NCBI GenBank assembly: GCA_021297855.1
Contig: JAJTHM010000049.1
Coordinates: 6,531-70,530, forward strand
Direction of reading: 5' to 3'
Length of the DNA: 64,000 bases
From: Sphingobacteriales bacterium
GTDB taxonomy: Bacteria > Bacteroidota > Bacteroidia > Chitinophagales > JADJOU01
Of the stretch, positions 19,792 to 28,137 are shown in pieces. Made by a program: the position numbers and the translations under genes. The notes under the pieces are model-generated. The model made no database searches. It was given only the letters and a program-made list of their open reading frames with translations, and was not told the origin of the DNA. Every line of letters begins with the position of its first letter. Position 1 is the first letter of the stretch.

Positions 19792-21363
19792 CTATTTAGT
19801 TTGTAACATTGGTATTACACGGACATCATCTGCATTTCCATTCGCTAATTCTCTATCACTACAATCTATACATTCTAGTCCGTCTTCTTTCATTTCCCAG
19901 GTGTGATTGACCATATAATCATCGAACATATTATGCTTATTTTTAATATCATAGATTAGATTTTTTGCACTGTTCGATAAATAAACTTTTTTACCGATAG
20001 GTATATATAAAGTATATCGAACACGTTGATTTCTGAATATAGGTCTTTCTCCCAGTACTTGAAATAATCTATCTATATATAAACTACTATCTGTTTTGAT
20101 GATATTCACTTGGATAGATTTAGCTAAACCATGTGCAAATTCATCTGATTTTCCGTTTGATTTTTGGAGCTTCAAAAGATAAATGTCGTCGGTAGTTGAT
20201 TGCTTAATATTCAGTTCAGTATTTGGAATGACTAATTTACCCTCTTTCATCTTCTGTCCATTGACAGTGATATAATTATTTTCTAATTCATAACTTAAAT
20301 CTTCATTGGAAGATATTTTCAATACCTTGGAATTGTTATTTAAAGCTATTTTTTCTTCGTAAATACCGTCGTAAGACACTTGACTGACCCACATCTTAAT
20401 GACATAACTTCCTAGAAATAGCCCTAAAATCCATAGCCCAAGTAAAATAAGCTTTGCTGTACTATTGAAGAGCGTTTTTTTAGTCAAAATTCTAACCCCC
20501 AAGACAATCATGGCTAAGGCAGGAATTCCAATGACCATAAAAGCGGCGATTATAGTTGTAACAAATAATTTCCCATCGTCTATAAGGTAGTTTTTCATTT
20601 GGCTAAACTCATTTCCTAGATGCAACCAATCTAAATTAGACTGCATGGCTCCAATGAATAATAAGGTCAATACGGAAAACCCAATAATTAAAAGAATCAA
20701 CGCGACAAAATACTTAACTATTCTAATAACAAAATTAATAATGGTGTGCAAGGCTTCGGAGAACTTAGAATTATTTAATGAATTACGCACATTGTCAAAA
20801 TTTTCTTCTAAATTTTGAAGAGTTACAGGCTGACCTTTCATTTGTAATTTCTGAGAATTGGTCTTTGCTTCGGGAATGATGATTATACCGATAATATAAG
20901 CGATTATAGCACTTCCGCCAGTGAGTAGCCCTATGATTGTGAACAAAATTCGAATCCAAATGGGATCATGCAAGCCCAGATATGCGCTCAATCCAGAACA
21001 TATCCCCGAAATAATTTTATCCTCATTATTTCTAAAAAGCTTCTTCTCTGTATGGACATAGTTTAGATTTCCAGATTCCTTCTTGGCCTCTCCTTCTTCA
21101 CCTGCGATGGTAGATGGGTCTCCCATTTTTTTTATTGTTTCTTCCACATCGTTTAGATAAACAATGCTCCTCGAGCTTGATTTTAAATTGCTAGTAAATA
21201 ACTCTGCTATTCGAAATTCAATATCTTGGATAATCTCCTCCTGTTCATCCTTATTTTGAAACTTTGATTTTATGGCAGAGATATATTGCTCTAGTTTATT
21301 GTATGCATCTTCGTCTATGACGAAAGCAATACCACCTAAATTGACTGAAATAGTTTTTTTCAT
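19792..21363 (-). CDS. PspC-domain membrane protein
   Basis: The PspC domain is LFRNNEDKIISGICSGLSAYLGLHDPIWIRILFTII, followed by several TM helices and an extracytoplasmic C-terminal region. It lies immediately downstream of a PadR gene, a pairing common in Bacteroidota. Confidence 0.85.
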   Translation of the reverse strand: MKKTISVNLGGIAFVIDEDAYNKLEQYISAIKSKFQNKDEQEEIIQDIEFRIAELFTSNLKSSSRSIVYLNDVEETIKKMGDPSTIAGEEGEAKKESGNLNYVHTEKKLFRNNEDKIISGICSGLSAYLGLHDPIWIRILFTIIGLLTGGSAIIAYIIGIIIIPEAKTNSQKLQMKGQPVTLQNLEENFDNVRNSLNNSKFSEALHTIINFVIRIVKYFVALILLIIGFSVLTLLFIGAMQSNLDWLHLGNEFSQMKNYLIDDGKLFVTTIIAAFMVIGIPALAMIVLGVRILTKKTLFNSTAKLILLGLWILGLFLGSYVIKMWVSQVSYDGIYEEKIALNNNSKVLKISSNEDLSYELENNYITVNGQKMKEGKLVIPNTELNIKQSTTDDIYLLKLQKSNGKSDEFAHGLAKSIQVNIIKTDSSLYIDRLFQVLGERPIFRNQRVRYTLYIPIGKKVYLSNSAKNLIYDIKNKHNMFDDYMVNHTWEMKEDGLECIDCSDRELANGNADDVRVIPMLQTK

Positions 21364-21381
21364 CTTTATATGTTTAGAAAT

Positions 21382-21705
21382 TTACTTATTTATAATATTA
21401 ATTGCGAGTTCGATTTGTTTCCAAGTAGTTTCTAATTCTTGGTAAAACAATTTTCCTGCATCCGTTATTTTAAAATATTTTCGCGGTGGTCCAGAATTGG
21501 ATTCTTGCCAATAATAGCTCAGGTATTCACTATTTTTCAATCGAGTCAAGATGGGGTATATGGTTCCTTCCACCACTTCGAGCTCTGCTTGATTAAATTC
21601 TTCTAAAATTTCTGAAGCATAAACATCTCGTCGCTGTATGATAGACAAAATACAATACTCTAATATACCTTTTAGCATTTGTGTTTTCGTATTTTCAATA
21701 TTCAT
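21382..21705 (-). CDS. PadR-family transcriptional regulator
   Basis: The 107-aa product has the winged-helix motif GILEYCILSIIQRRDVYASEI...VVEGTIYPILTRLKNSEYL. Confidence 0.9.
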   Translation of the reverse strand: MNIENTKTQMLKGILEYCILSIIQRRDVYASEILEEFNQAELEVVEGTIYPILTRLKNSEYLSYYWQESNSGPPRKYFKITDAGKLFYQELETTWKQIELAINIINK

Positions 21706-21989
21706 TGTTTATTATTATTTAATGCAAAGATATAACTATTGACTACTATTGTGCATTACAAAGTACTAAATTATAATGAAAAACTAAATTAACGATTGAT
21801 AAGCAATGATTTAAACTATAGTTAAAAATATTTAAATGTCAAAATATAGACTGATTTTGCAGTTTATAAATACAATTTCAATTCAAAATTCAAACTGTAT
21901 TAAATAGCAAACTCTTGTTGAGAAGTCTCTGTGATACTTACCGAGAGAAATTTAACTTTGTTGCTTAGGCTTCGGTCTTAAAATTTATC

Positions 21990-24437
21990 ATGGCCGCCAG
22001 AATAAACAAAGAACTCAGTTCATTTTTCAATGCGAGTAAATATCAGAAGATAGTAGGAGTATTCCTCCTCATTTTTTCTTTTATACTCTTCTTTAGCTTT
22101 TTATCCTACATATTTAGTTTTCGAATGGATCAAAGCATAGCACTTGAAGGTTGGGACTATATTAAAGAAACAGATCACTATAAAATTCAAAACTGGCTGA
22201 ATAAAATAGGAGTATTTCTTGGATATTTCTTTGTTGATAGCTTGTTTGGGCTAGCTGCTTTTATAATTCCCATCAGTCTTTTTCTTCTCAGTTTGAATCT
22301 CATTTTTGTCAAACGATTATTCTCCTATCTTAAACTTGCATTCTATCCATTTCTTTTTATTTTCATCCTAAGCAGTTTCTTAGCTCTGGTTCAACTTGTT
22401 TTCTTTAGAAGTGGCTATTTCTCTTTAGGCGGCAATTTTGGAAATTTAATCACTGGCCCTAATAGCATACTTCATAATTATTTAGGAACATTTGGCGTTC
22501 TTTTGATTTGGTTTGGTTGTAGCCTGATGGCTTTGGTTTGGTTTGCTAATCTCAACTTCAACTTCATTTTAGAGTGGTTCGAGCATGGCAGGCTGCCTGA
22601 AGAAGAAAAACTATTTAAAGAAGAAATTGTAACTCAAAAGAAAGAAGATAAAATATACAGTGATACTTTATTCGAAAAAGATAATATTGAAGTAATTAAT
22701 AGTGAAAAATTAATAATTAATAATGAGGAGATAATTGGAATGGAATCAAACAATGAGTCTATTGCTGACCAATTGGAAATCAAAAATACCGTCACAGTAG
22801 ATCCAATGAAACCAATAGATGAAATGGAAACTACAGTATTAACTATCATTCCAAAGGTAGAGGAAAAATTAGTAAGTAATGTTTCCGAAATTCAACAAAA
22901 AAATCTGGAGAATTTAGAACCCTATGATCCAAAAAAGGATTTATCGAGCTACAAATATCCTACTATAGACCTATTGGAAAATCATGGTTCTGGAACCACG
23001 ACCATCGATCGAAACGAGCTGGAGAATAATAAAAATCAAATCGTTGAAACACTTAAGAATTTTAATATTTCCATAAGCTCTATCCGAGCCACCGTTGGAC
23101 CTACAGTGACACTTTACGAAATCACTCCCGCACCAGGTGTTCGCGTCTCTACTATTTCTCGTTTAGAAAATGATATAGCGCTTTCTCTTGCAGCCCTAGG
23201 CATACGCATCATAGCCCCCATACCCGGAAAGGGAACAATCGGAATCGAAGTGCCAAACAAAAAAACAGAAATAGTCAGCATGAAATCCGCTATCATGTCT
23301 GAAAAATTTCAGACCACCAAAATGGAACTGCCAATAGCACTCGGCAAAAACATATCGAATGAAATGGTGGTGGTGGATTTAGCTACCATGCCTCACTTAT
23401 TAATGGCAGGAGCTACAGGAAAAGGAAAATCCGTTGGAATCAATGCTATTTTAGTATCTCTCCTATACAAAAAACATCCATCTGAGCTTAAGTTCGTCAT
23501 GGTTGACCCTAAAAAAGTAGAACTAAGCATCTATAGTACTATAGAGAAACATTTCTTAGCTAAGCTGCCCAACGAGGAGGAGCCCATCATTACTGATGTC
23601 AAGAAGGTAGTCAATACATTGAATTCACTCTGTATAGAAATGGACGATCGCTATGATCTTCTAAAAAAAGCAACGGTACGAAATATAAAAGAATACAATG
23701 ATAAATTTAAGAAGAGACAACTCAATCCCTTGCATGGACATCGGTATCTGCCATACTTCGTTTTAGTTATAGATGAATATGCAGATTTGATTATTACAGC
23801 TGGTAAGGAGGTGGAGATGCCTTTAGCCAGAATAGCGCAGCTTGCCAGAGCGATAGGTATTCATGTTATATTAGCTACCCAGCGACCCGCAGCCAATATT
23901 CTGACAGGACTCATTCGCGCTAATTTCCCAACCAAAATAGCTTTTGCCGTATCCAAGGCGATTGATAGTAATATAATTATCGACACTAAGGGAGCAGAAC
24001 AGCTCATTGGACGTGGAGATATGCTCTATAGCCCATCAGGAGGGGATATCATACGCCTTCAATGCCCCTTTGTCGACACCCCTGAGGTAGATAAAATATG
24101 TCAACATATTGCTGAACAGCAGGGTTATGGAGAGGCCTATCAACTGCCAGAGTATTATGGCGATGAAGAACTGGATAGAGAAATAAAATTTGATAAAAAC
24201 GACATAGATCCCCTTTTCGAAGAAGCTGCGAGAGAAATAGTGATACAACAAATTGGCTCCATTTCACTCCTTCAAAGAAAACTAAATGTGGGCCATGGTC
24301 GAGCAGGTAGGCTTGTAGACCAACTCGAGGCGATGGGCATAGTCGGACCCAATAAAGGGAGTAAACCTCGTGATGTCAACTTCAAAACCCTCGACGAACT
24401 CCAACTTTACCTTGACAACTTAAAAAAATCAAAGTAA
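21990..24437 (+). CDS. ftsK: DNA translocase FtsK/SpoIIIE
   Basis: It has N-terminal TM helices and a low-complexity linker. The motor domain has Walker A (AGATGKGKSVGINA) and Walker B (LVIDEYADL). The C-terminal gamma wHTH is SISLLQRKLNVGHGRAGRLVDQLE. Confidence 0.95.
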   Translation: MAARINKELSSFFNASKYQKIVGVFLLIFSFILFFSFLSYIFSFRMDQSIALEGWDYIKETDHYKIQNWLNKIGVFLGYFFVDSLFGLAAFIIPISLFLLSLNLIFVKRLFSYLKLAFYPFLFIFILSSFLALVQLVFFRSGYFSLGGNFGNLITGPNSILHNYLGTFGVLLIWFGCSLMALVWFANLNFNFILEWFEHGRLPEEEKLFKEEIVTQKKEDKIYSDTLFEKDNIEVINSEKLIINNEEIIGMESNNESIADQLEIKNTVTVDPMKPIDEMETTVLTIIPKVEEKLVSNVSEIQQKNLENLEPYDPKKDLSSYKYPTIDLLENHGSGTTTIDRNELENNKNQIVETLKNFNISISSIRATVGPTVTLYEITPAPGVRVSTISRLENDIALSLAALGIRIIAPIPGKGTIGIEVPNKKTEIVSMKSAIMSEKFQTTKMELPIALGKNISNEMVVVDLATMPHLLMAGATGKGKSVGINAILVSLLYKKHPSELKFVMVDPKKVELSIYSTIEKHFLAKLPNEEEPIITDVKKVVNTLNSLCIEMDDRYDLLKKATVRNIKEYNDKFKKRQLNPLHGHRYLPYFVLVIDEYADLIITAGKEVEMPLARIAQLARAIGIHVILATQRPAANILTGLIRANFPTKIAFAVSKAIDSNIIIDTKGAEQLIGRGDMLYSPSGGDIIRLQCPFVDTPEVDKICQHIAEQQGYGEAYQLPEYYGDEELDREIKFDKNDIDPLFEEAAREIVIQQIGSISLLQRKLNVGHGRAGRLVDQLEAMGIVGPNKGSKPRDVNFKTLDELQLYLDNLKKSK

Positions 24438-24476
24438 TTTAAAAAAGGTATTGACAATTGAATTTTATGCCTTATT

Positions 24477-24573
24477 TTTGTACTAGGTTTTCATAGTTGT
24501 AATAACAATTATGTTAGTTTTGTTTTCATAGTATTTTGGAGTTCGGTTCCCCTACCGAACTCCTTCTTTTTTT
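24477..24573 (+). ncRNA. candidate small RNA, copy 1 (own -7 box and intrinsic terminator; TSS not determined)
   Basis: TTGACA lies at 24451-56 and TATTTTTG (TAnnTTTG) at 24473-80. An 8-bp hairpin CATAGTTG/CAATTATG spans 24492-24513. The terminator stem GGAGTTCGGT/ACCGAACTCC spans 24538-24563 and is followed by T7. There is no ORF. The unit is near-identical to copy 2. Confidence 0.55.
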
Positions 24574-24638
24574 AGGCAAGATAAAAAAAGTATTTATTAG
24601 TTTTTTTTAACAACTTCATTTGATATTTTCAGATTATA

Positions 24639-24733
24639 TTTGCACTAGGTTTTCATAGTTGTAATAACAATTATGTTAGTTTTGTTTTCATAGTATTTTG
24701 GAGTTCGGTTCCCCTACCGAACTCCTTCTTTTT
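24639..24733 (+). ncRNA. candidate small RNA, copy 2 (tandem duplicate)
   Basis: It is identical to copy 1 except for one T/C change and T-run length (T5). It is preceded by TATATTTG at 24635-42 and has the same two hairpins and terminator. Confidence 0.55.
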
Positions 24734-24817
24734 ATATCCATCGCAATTTAATTTATCCAGATCAATTCTTTGAATTGAATAGATATTTGCGTGAATACAT
24801 ATAAGAATATGTTCTTC

Positions 24818-25525
24818 TTAATTTCCCAAAGAAAAAATTGCAGGAAGCTTGTGCATCTGAGGTGGAGATTGCGTCTTCCACTCACTGATTTTTTTAGTTT
24901 GAATAATTGACGGCTGTCCTCCTATATTGGCTGCGATACCTAAAAATATATTAGGTGAACAGGTTTTAAGTATTAGTTCAAACAGACCAAGATTTCGATA
25001 AGGCGTCTCCATAAATAACTGGGTTTGACCTTCAGATAATACCCGTGACTCTAGTGATTTAAGTTTCTTTGATTTTTCTGACATATCTATTGGCAAATAG
25101 CCGTTAAAAGCAAAATTCTGACCATTCAACCCACTGACCACAAGTGCCATAAAAATGCTAGATGGTCCAGAAAGTACATCGACTCTAATATTGTGTTTAT
25201 GAGCTAATCGTACAACTTCATTCCCGGGATCAGCTATGCAAGGCATGCCGGCTTCAGACATCAAACCTACACTATGGCCTTGTTTAAACCAAGATTCTAT
25301 TTCTGCAAATGAAAGATTCTTTGAATGTTTATCATATTCAAAAAACTGAACCTCTGAATCAAAATTGGCTTGATAACCATATTTTCTGAGAATGCGGCGA
25401 GCTGTGCGCAAATTTTCGACTACAAAAAAACGAAGATCAGAAATCGACGCCTTAGTATATTCCGTAATATCAGATAAGGAATCCTCAACGATTGGGGTTG
25501 GGATAAGAATAAGTTTAGCCATCAA
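24818..25525 (-). CDS. tetrapyrrole-methylase-fold SAM-dependent methyltransferase (RsmI-like)
   Basis: The N-terminal LILIPTPIVEDSLSDIT, a mid motif SEAGMPCIADPG, and GPSSIFMALVVSG resemble the RsmI / TP_methylase family. Confidence 0.7.
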   Translation of the reverse strand: MMAKLILIPTPIVEDSLSDITEYTKASISDLRFFVVENLRTARRILRKYGYQANFDSEVQFFEYDKHSKNLSFAEIESWFKQGHSVGLMSEAGMPCIADPGNEVVRLAHKHNIRVDVLSGPSSIFMALVVSGLNGQNFAFNGYLPIDMSEKSKKLKSLESRVLSEGQTQLFMETPYRNLGLFELILKTCSPNIFLGIAANIGGQPSIIQTKKISEWKTQSPPQMHKLPAIFSLGN

Positions 25526-25528
25526 TAA

Positions 25529-27151
25529 TTACCAGCTAATTTTAACTACCTTTCTACCTTGATCAGACTTAGCTTCTACAATATAAATTCCATTTACCAA
25601 AGAAGAAAAATCAATCATTAAATCCCTATTTCGAGTCATTTTATTGGCCACTTGCTGTCCTAAGGAATTATAGACACTTAATTCATATCCTGATTCTAGC
25701 CAAGATACTTCCAATTGATTTGCATTGAAGGTAAAATTAAATTTTTCGGCTTCCCTATTTTCTGAAATAGAAGCAGGGGCGCCCGATAACTTGACAGAAC
25801 GCACCGTCATGGCGCCAGTATTTCCAGGATCAAGCCAGGGTTTTAGTCTTCTATCACTTGATGAACCGTATTTATCCCAATGCATAAAAAATCGACCATA
25901 AAAATCTGTTCCATCTAAGTTGGTACATAAAGCTGAACCTCCTGTCAAGGTACCAATCAGTAACCCATTGCTATTGACCAATGCCGAACCAGATGAACCC
26001 TCATCTGTGACGGAGCGACCTCCAGAAGTTGAAGTCCATTTCATTGAAAAATGTGTATTCATTACATTGCCTCCATAGCTCGAAAGGGTAGCCCAATCAT
26101 TCGATGTACTAATCTTTTTTATATCACCTTTTGGATGATGATAACAAAAATTGCCAAAATAATTGCCATCAGCGCGATCCCAACCTAAAAAAGTAAAGTC
26201 ATAAGTAGCGGTCGATAGCGCAGAGTTCATTTTTAATAATAAAAAATCAGAAGAATTCTCTCCGTTATCAGTTCCTGAATATGCAGGAGCCGTGCATCCT
26301 TTGTAAGTTAAAGCAGCAGGCTCGCTAGAAGGGTTTGAACATGATAAGGATTGGTAGAGAAAATCAAATTCCCAATTGACCAAATCGGTTATGGTGCTTT
26401 TGGCGCTACAATGATTAGCTGTCAAAACATACGGTGTTTTATCCTCAGAGGTATTATTCACTAATGTGCCACTGCAGAAGCCAGAGAACTTAGTACCAGT
26501 GACTCTTATTCGGCAAGCCGCATCGCGTGCAGCAGGCTTAGCATTTCCTTCCGAGCAAATTGCATTGATCATGCACGACCCAGCCTGACCGAATCCATTT
26601 CCGTTTCCACTTTTCAATCCTCTAAAATAATGATAAACTCGAGAAATGACAAAGTCATTCGTCTTGACGTTTTTGGGTTCTATGTATTCCACTATAATTT
26701 CATTTCCTAAAACATGCGAAGTCAAAAACCCACCATTTAATTGGTAATTATCCTTCTCCGTGTATAAGCCGGCAAAATAAGTTCTTTCTTTATTATACAG
26801 CCACAACTTAGCTTTACCTTCTAGTTTGAAATTTTCAAACATGACCATAAGTCCGAGGGCATTTGGCGACTTTATTATCAGTCTATATACCTTATCGCTA
26901 TTTGGCAAAATTTCTGCCAAGGTAAATTCTGAGAAATTGATTTGTGTCGGAATAGCTGTGGCGCAAATATAGGACGCGTGTTTTACTTCTTTTAGTCTCT
27001 CTATTTCAATTGCATCCGCCTTAATCTCTTTAGTAACTATAGCGGACCACTTTCCATCTCGCATCCAACTCTCTGGCGGTAGATTCTTATTCCCAAATTG
27101 GGCTAGAATAAAAATAGGACAGAAAACTACAAAATATACAACCTGTTTCAT
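25529..27151 (-). CDS. secreted trypsin-fold (S1, lysyl-endopeptidase-like) serine protease with T9SS type-A C-terminal sorting domain
   Basis: A signal peptide follows the ATG at 27151 (MKQVVYFVVFCPIFILAQ). The catalytic His lies in VLTANHC and the Ser in DEGSSGSALV. The C-terminus ...VNGIYIVEAKSDQGRKVVKISW is a typical Por/T9SS CTD. Confidence 0.8.
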   Translation of the reverse strand: MKQVVYFVVFCPIFILAQFGNKNLPPESWMRDGKWSAIVTKEIKADAIEIERLKEVKHASYICATAIPTQINFSEFTLAEILPNSDKVYRLIIKSPNALGLMVMFENFKLEGKAKLWLYNKERTYFAGLYTEKDNYQLNGGFLTSHVLGNEIIVEYIEPKNVKTNDFVISRVYHYFRGLKSGNGNGFGQAGSCMINAICSEGNAKPAARDAACRIRVTGTKFSGFCSGTLVNNTSEDKTPYVLTANHCSAKSTITDLVNWEFDFLYQSLSCSNPSSEPAALTYKGCTAPAYSGTDNGENSSDFLLLKMNSALSTATYDFTFLGWDRADGNYFGNFCYHHPKGDIKKISTSNDWATLSSYGGNVMNTHFSMKWTSTSGGRSVTDEGSSGSALVNSNGLLIGTLTGGSALCTNLDGTDFYGRFFMHWDKYGSSSDRRLKPWLDPGNTGAMTVRSVKLSGAPASISENREAEKFNFTFNANQLEVSWLESGYELSVYNSLGQQVANKMTRNRDLMIDFSSLVNGIYIVEAKSDQGRKVVKISW

Positions 27152-27451
27152 GTTAAGGACTTTAGGCAAAGATAAGCAGTTTTTGAAGAAAATAGAAAAA
27201 GGACTGACAAATCCTTCAATGACTTTAAACTTGGAGCCTCCATCATGACTACTATATAAAGTTTGAGCTAATTCCTAATAAGTCTTTTATAGGACTATAA
27301 TAATTTGACAATAAAAACAAACAATTTCGTTCATTTAATACCTTACTAAATCACAAAATATGACGCAAGCTTGAGGCTTTTTTTGTCGAATTTGTATTTT
27401 TTTCTTTTAAGTTTTTATTAATTCAATAAATTTGCCTATAAACTATTTACT

Positions 27452-28072
27452 ATGAACACTAAAATTACAATTGTTTTTTTTACATTACTATTTTTAAATC
27501 TCAGCGCACAGAAAAATTATTTTGGTGCCAGATTGGGCATCTCATCTATGTATGTTTCCGAATCACAAGGCAAATTGAAAGGAGATTATGATAGCAGAGT
27601 AGGCTTCAATGCAGCTTTGTTTGTGGAATTGGGTATTGGGAAGTATTTCAGCTTCCAACCTGAATTGAATTTTACAAATAAAGGCTATAAGTTTAATCAG
27701 GGTCAGTCTATCAATATTAAGTTTAATTACTTAGAGGTTCCTGTCATTTTAAAACCAAAAATTCCTGTTGGTGATGCCTTGGAGCTTTATGGAGAACTTG
27801 GACCTTCCTTTTCCCTTGGACTAGGAGGAGAAGCGGTTGTAAATAATCAAACCTATGGTGATTTATTTGGAGATGGAGCATATAATAGTTTCGACTTCGG
27901 ACTAAACTATGGGGGAGGTTTTAACGTTAAACTGAACTCTGGCTACAAATTTGGATTGGGAATTCGCTTTTTCAAAGGCTTGAGCGAACTATACCCAACA
28001 AATCCGGGCAATGTAGCTGGAAGAAACAACGGATTTATACTTGGCTTTAACTTATCGAAATCTATAGATTAA
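27452..28072 (+). CDS. small outer-membrane beta-barrel protein (OMP_b-brl_2 / porin-family-like)
   Basis: It has a signal peptide (FFTLLFLNLSAQ), alternating amphipathic beta-strand pattern, G/Y/F-rich strands and a C-terminal aromatic-rich strand (GFILGFNL). Confidence 0.65.
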   Translation: MNTKITIVFFTLLFLNLSAQKNYFGARLGISSMYVSESQGKLKGDYDSRVGFNAALFVELGIGKYFSFQPELNFTNKGYKFNQGQSINIKFNYLEVPVILKPKIPVGDALELYGELGPSFSLGLGGEAVVNNQTYGDLFGDGAYNSFDFGLNYGGGFNVKLNSGYKFGLGIRFFKGLSELYPTNPGNVAGRNNGFILGFNLSKSID

Positions 28073-28137
28073 GTATACGCTATACCATACTAAGTGAACT
28101 GAAATCCACTTAAATTTGAAGAGCCTTAAAACTCAAT

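Noticed and set aside
21706-21989. AATGCA...TGCATT imperfect inverted repeat upstream of padR as a PadR operator.
   Set aside because: The arms match at only 6-7 positions with a long spacer, which cannot be distinguished from chance in AT-rich DNA.
24477-24733. Possibility that the 162-bp-period direct repeat is a CRISPR array or a minisatellite.
   Set aside because: There are only two copies. The units are about 95 nt long, far longer than CRISPR repeats, and each has its own promoter box and terminator. No cas genes are in the window.
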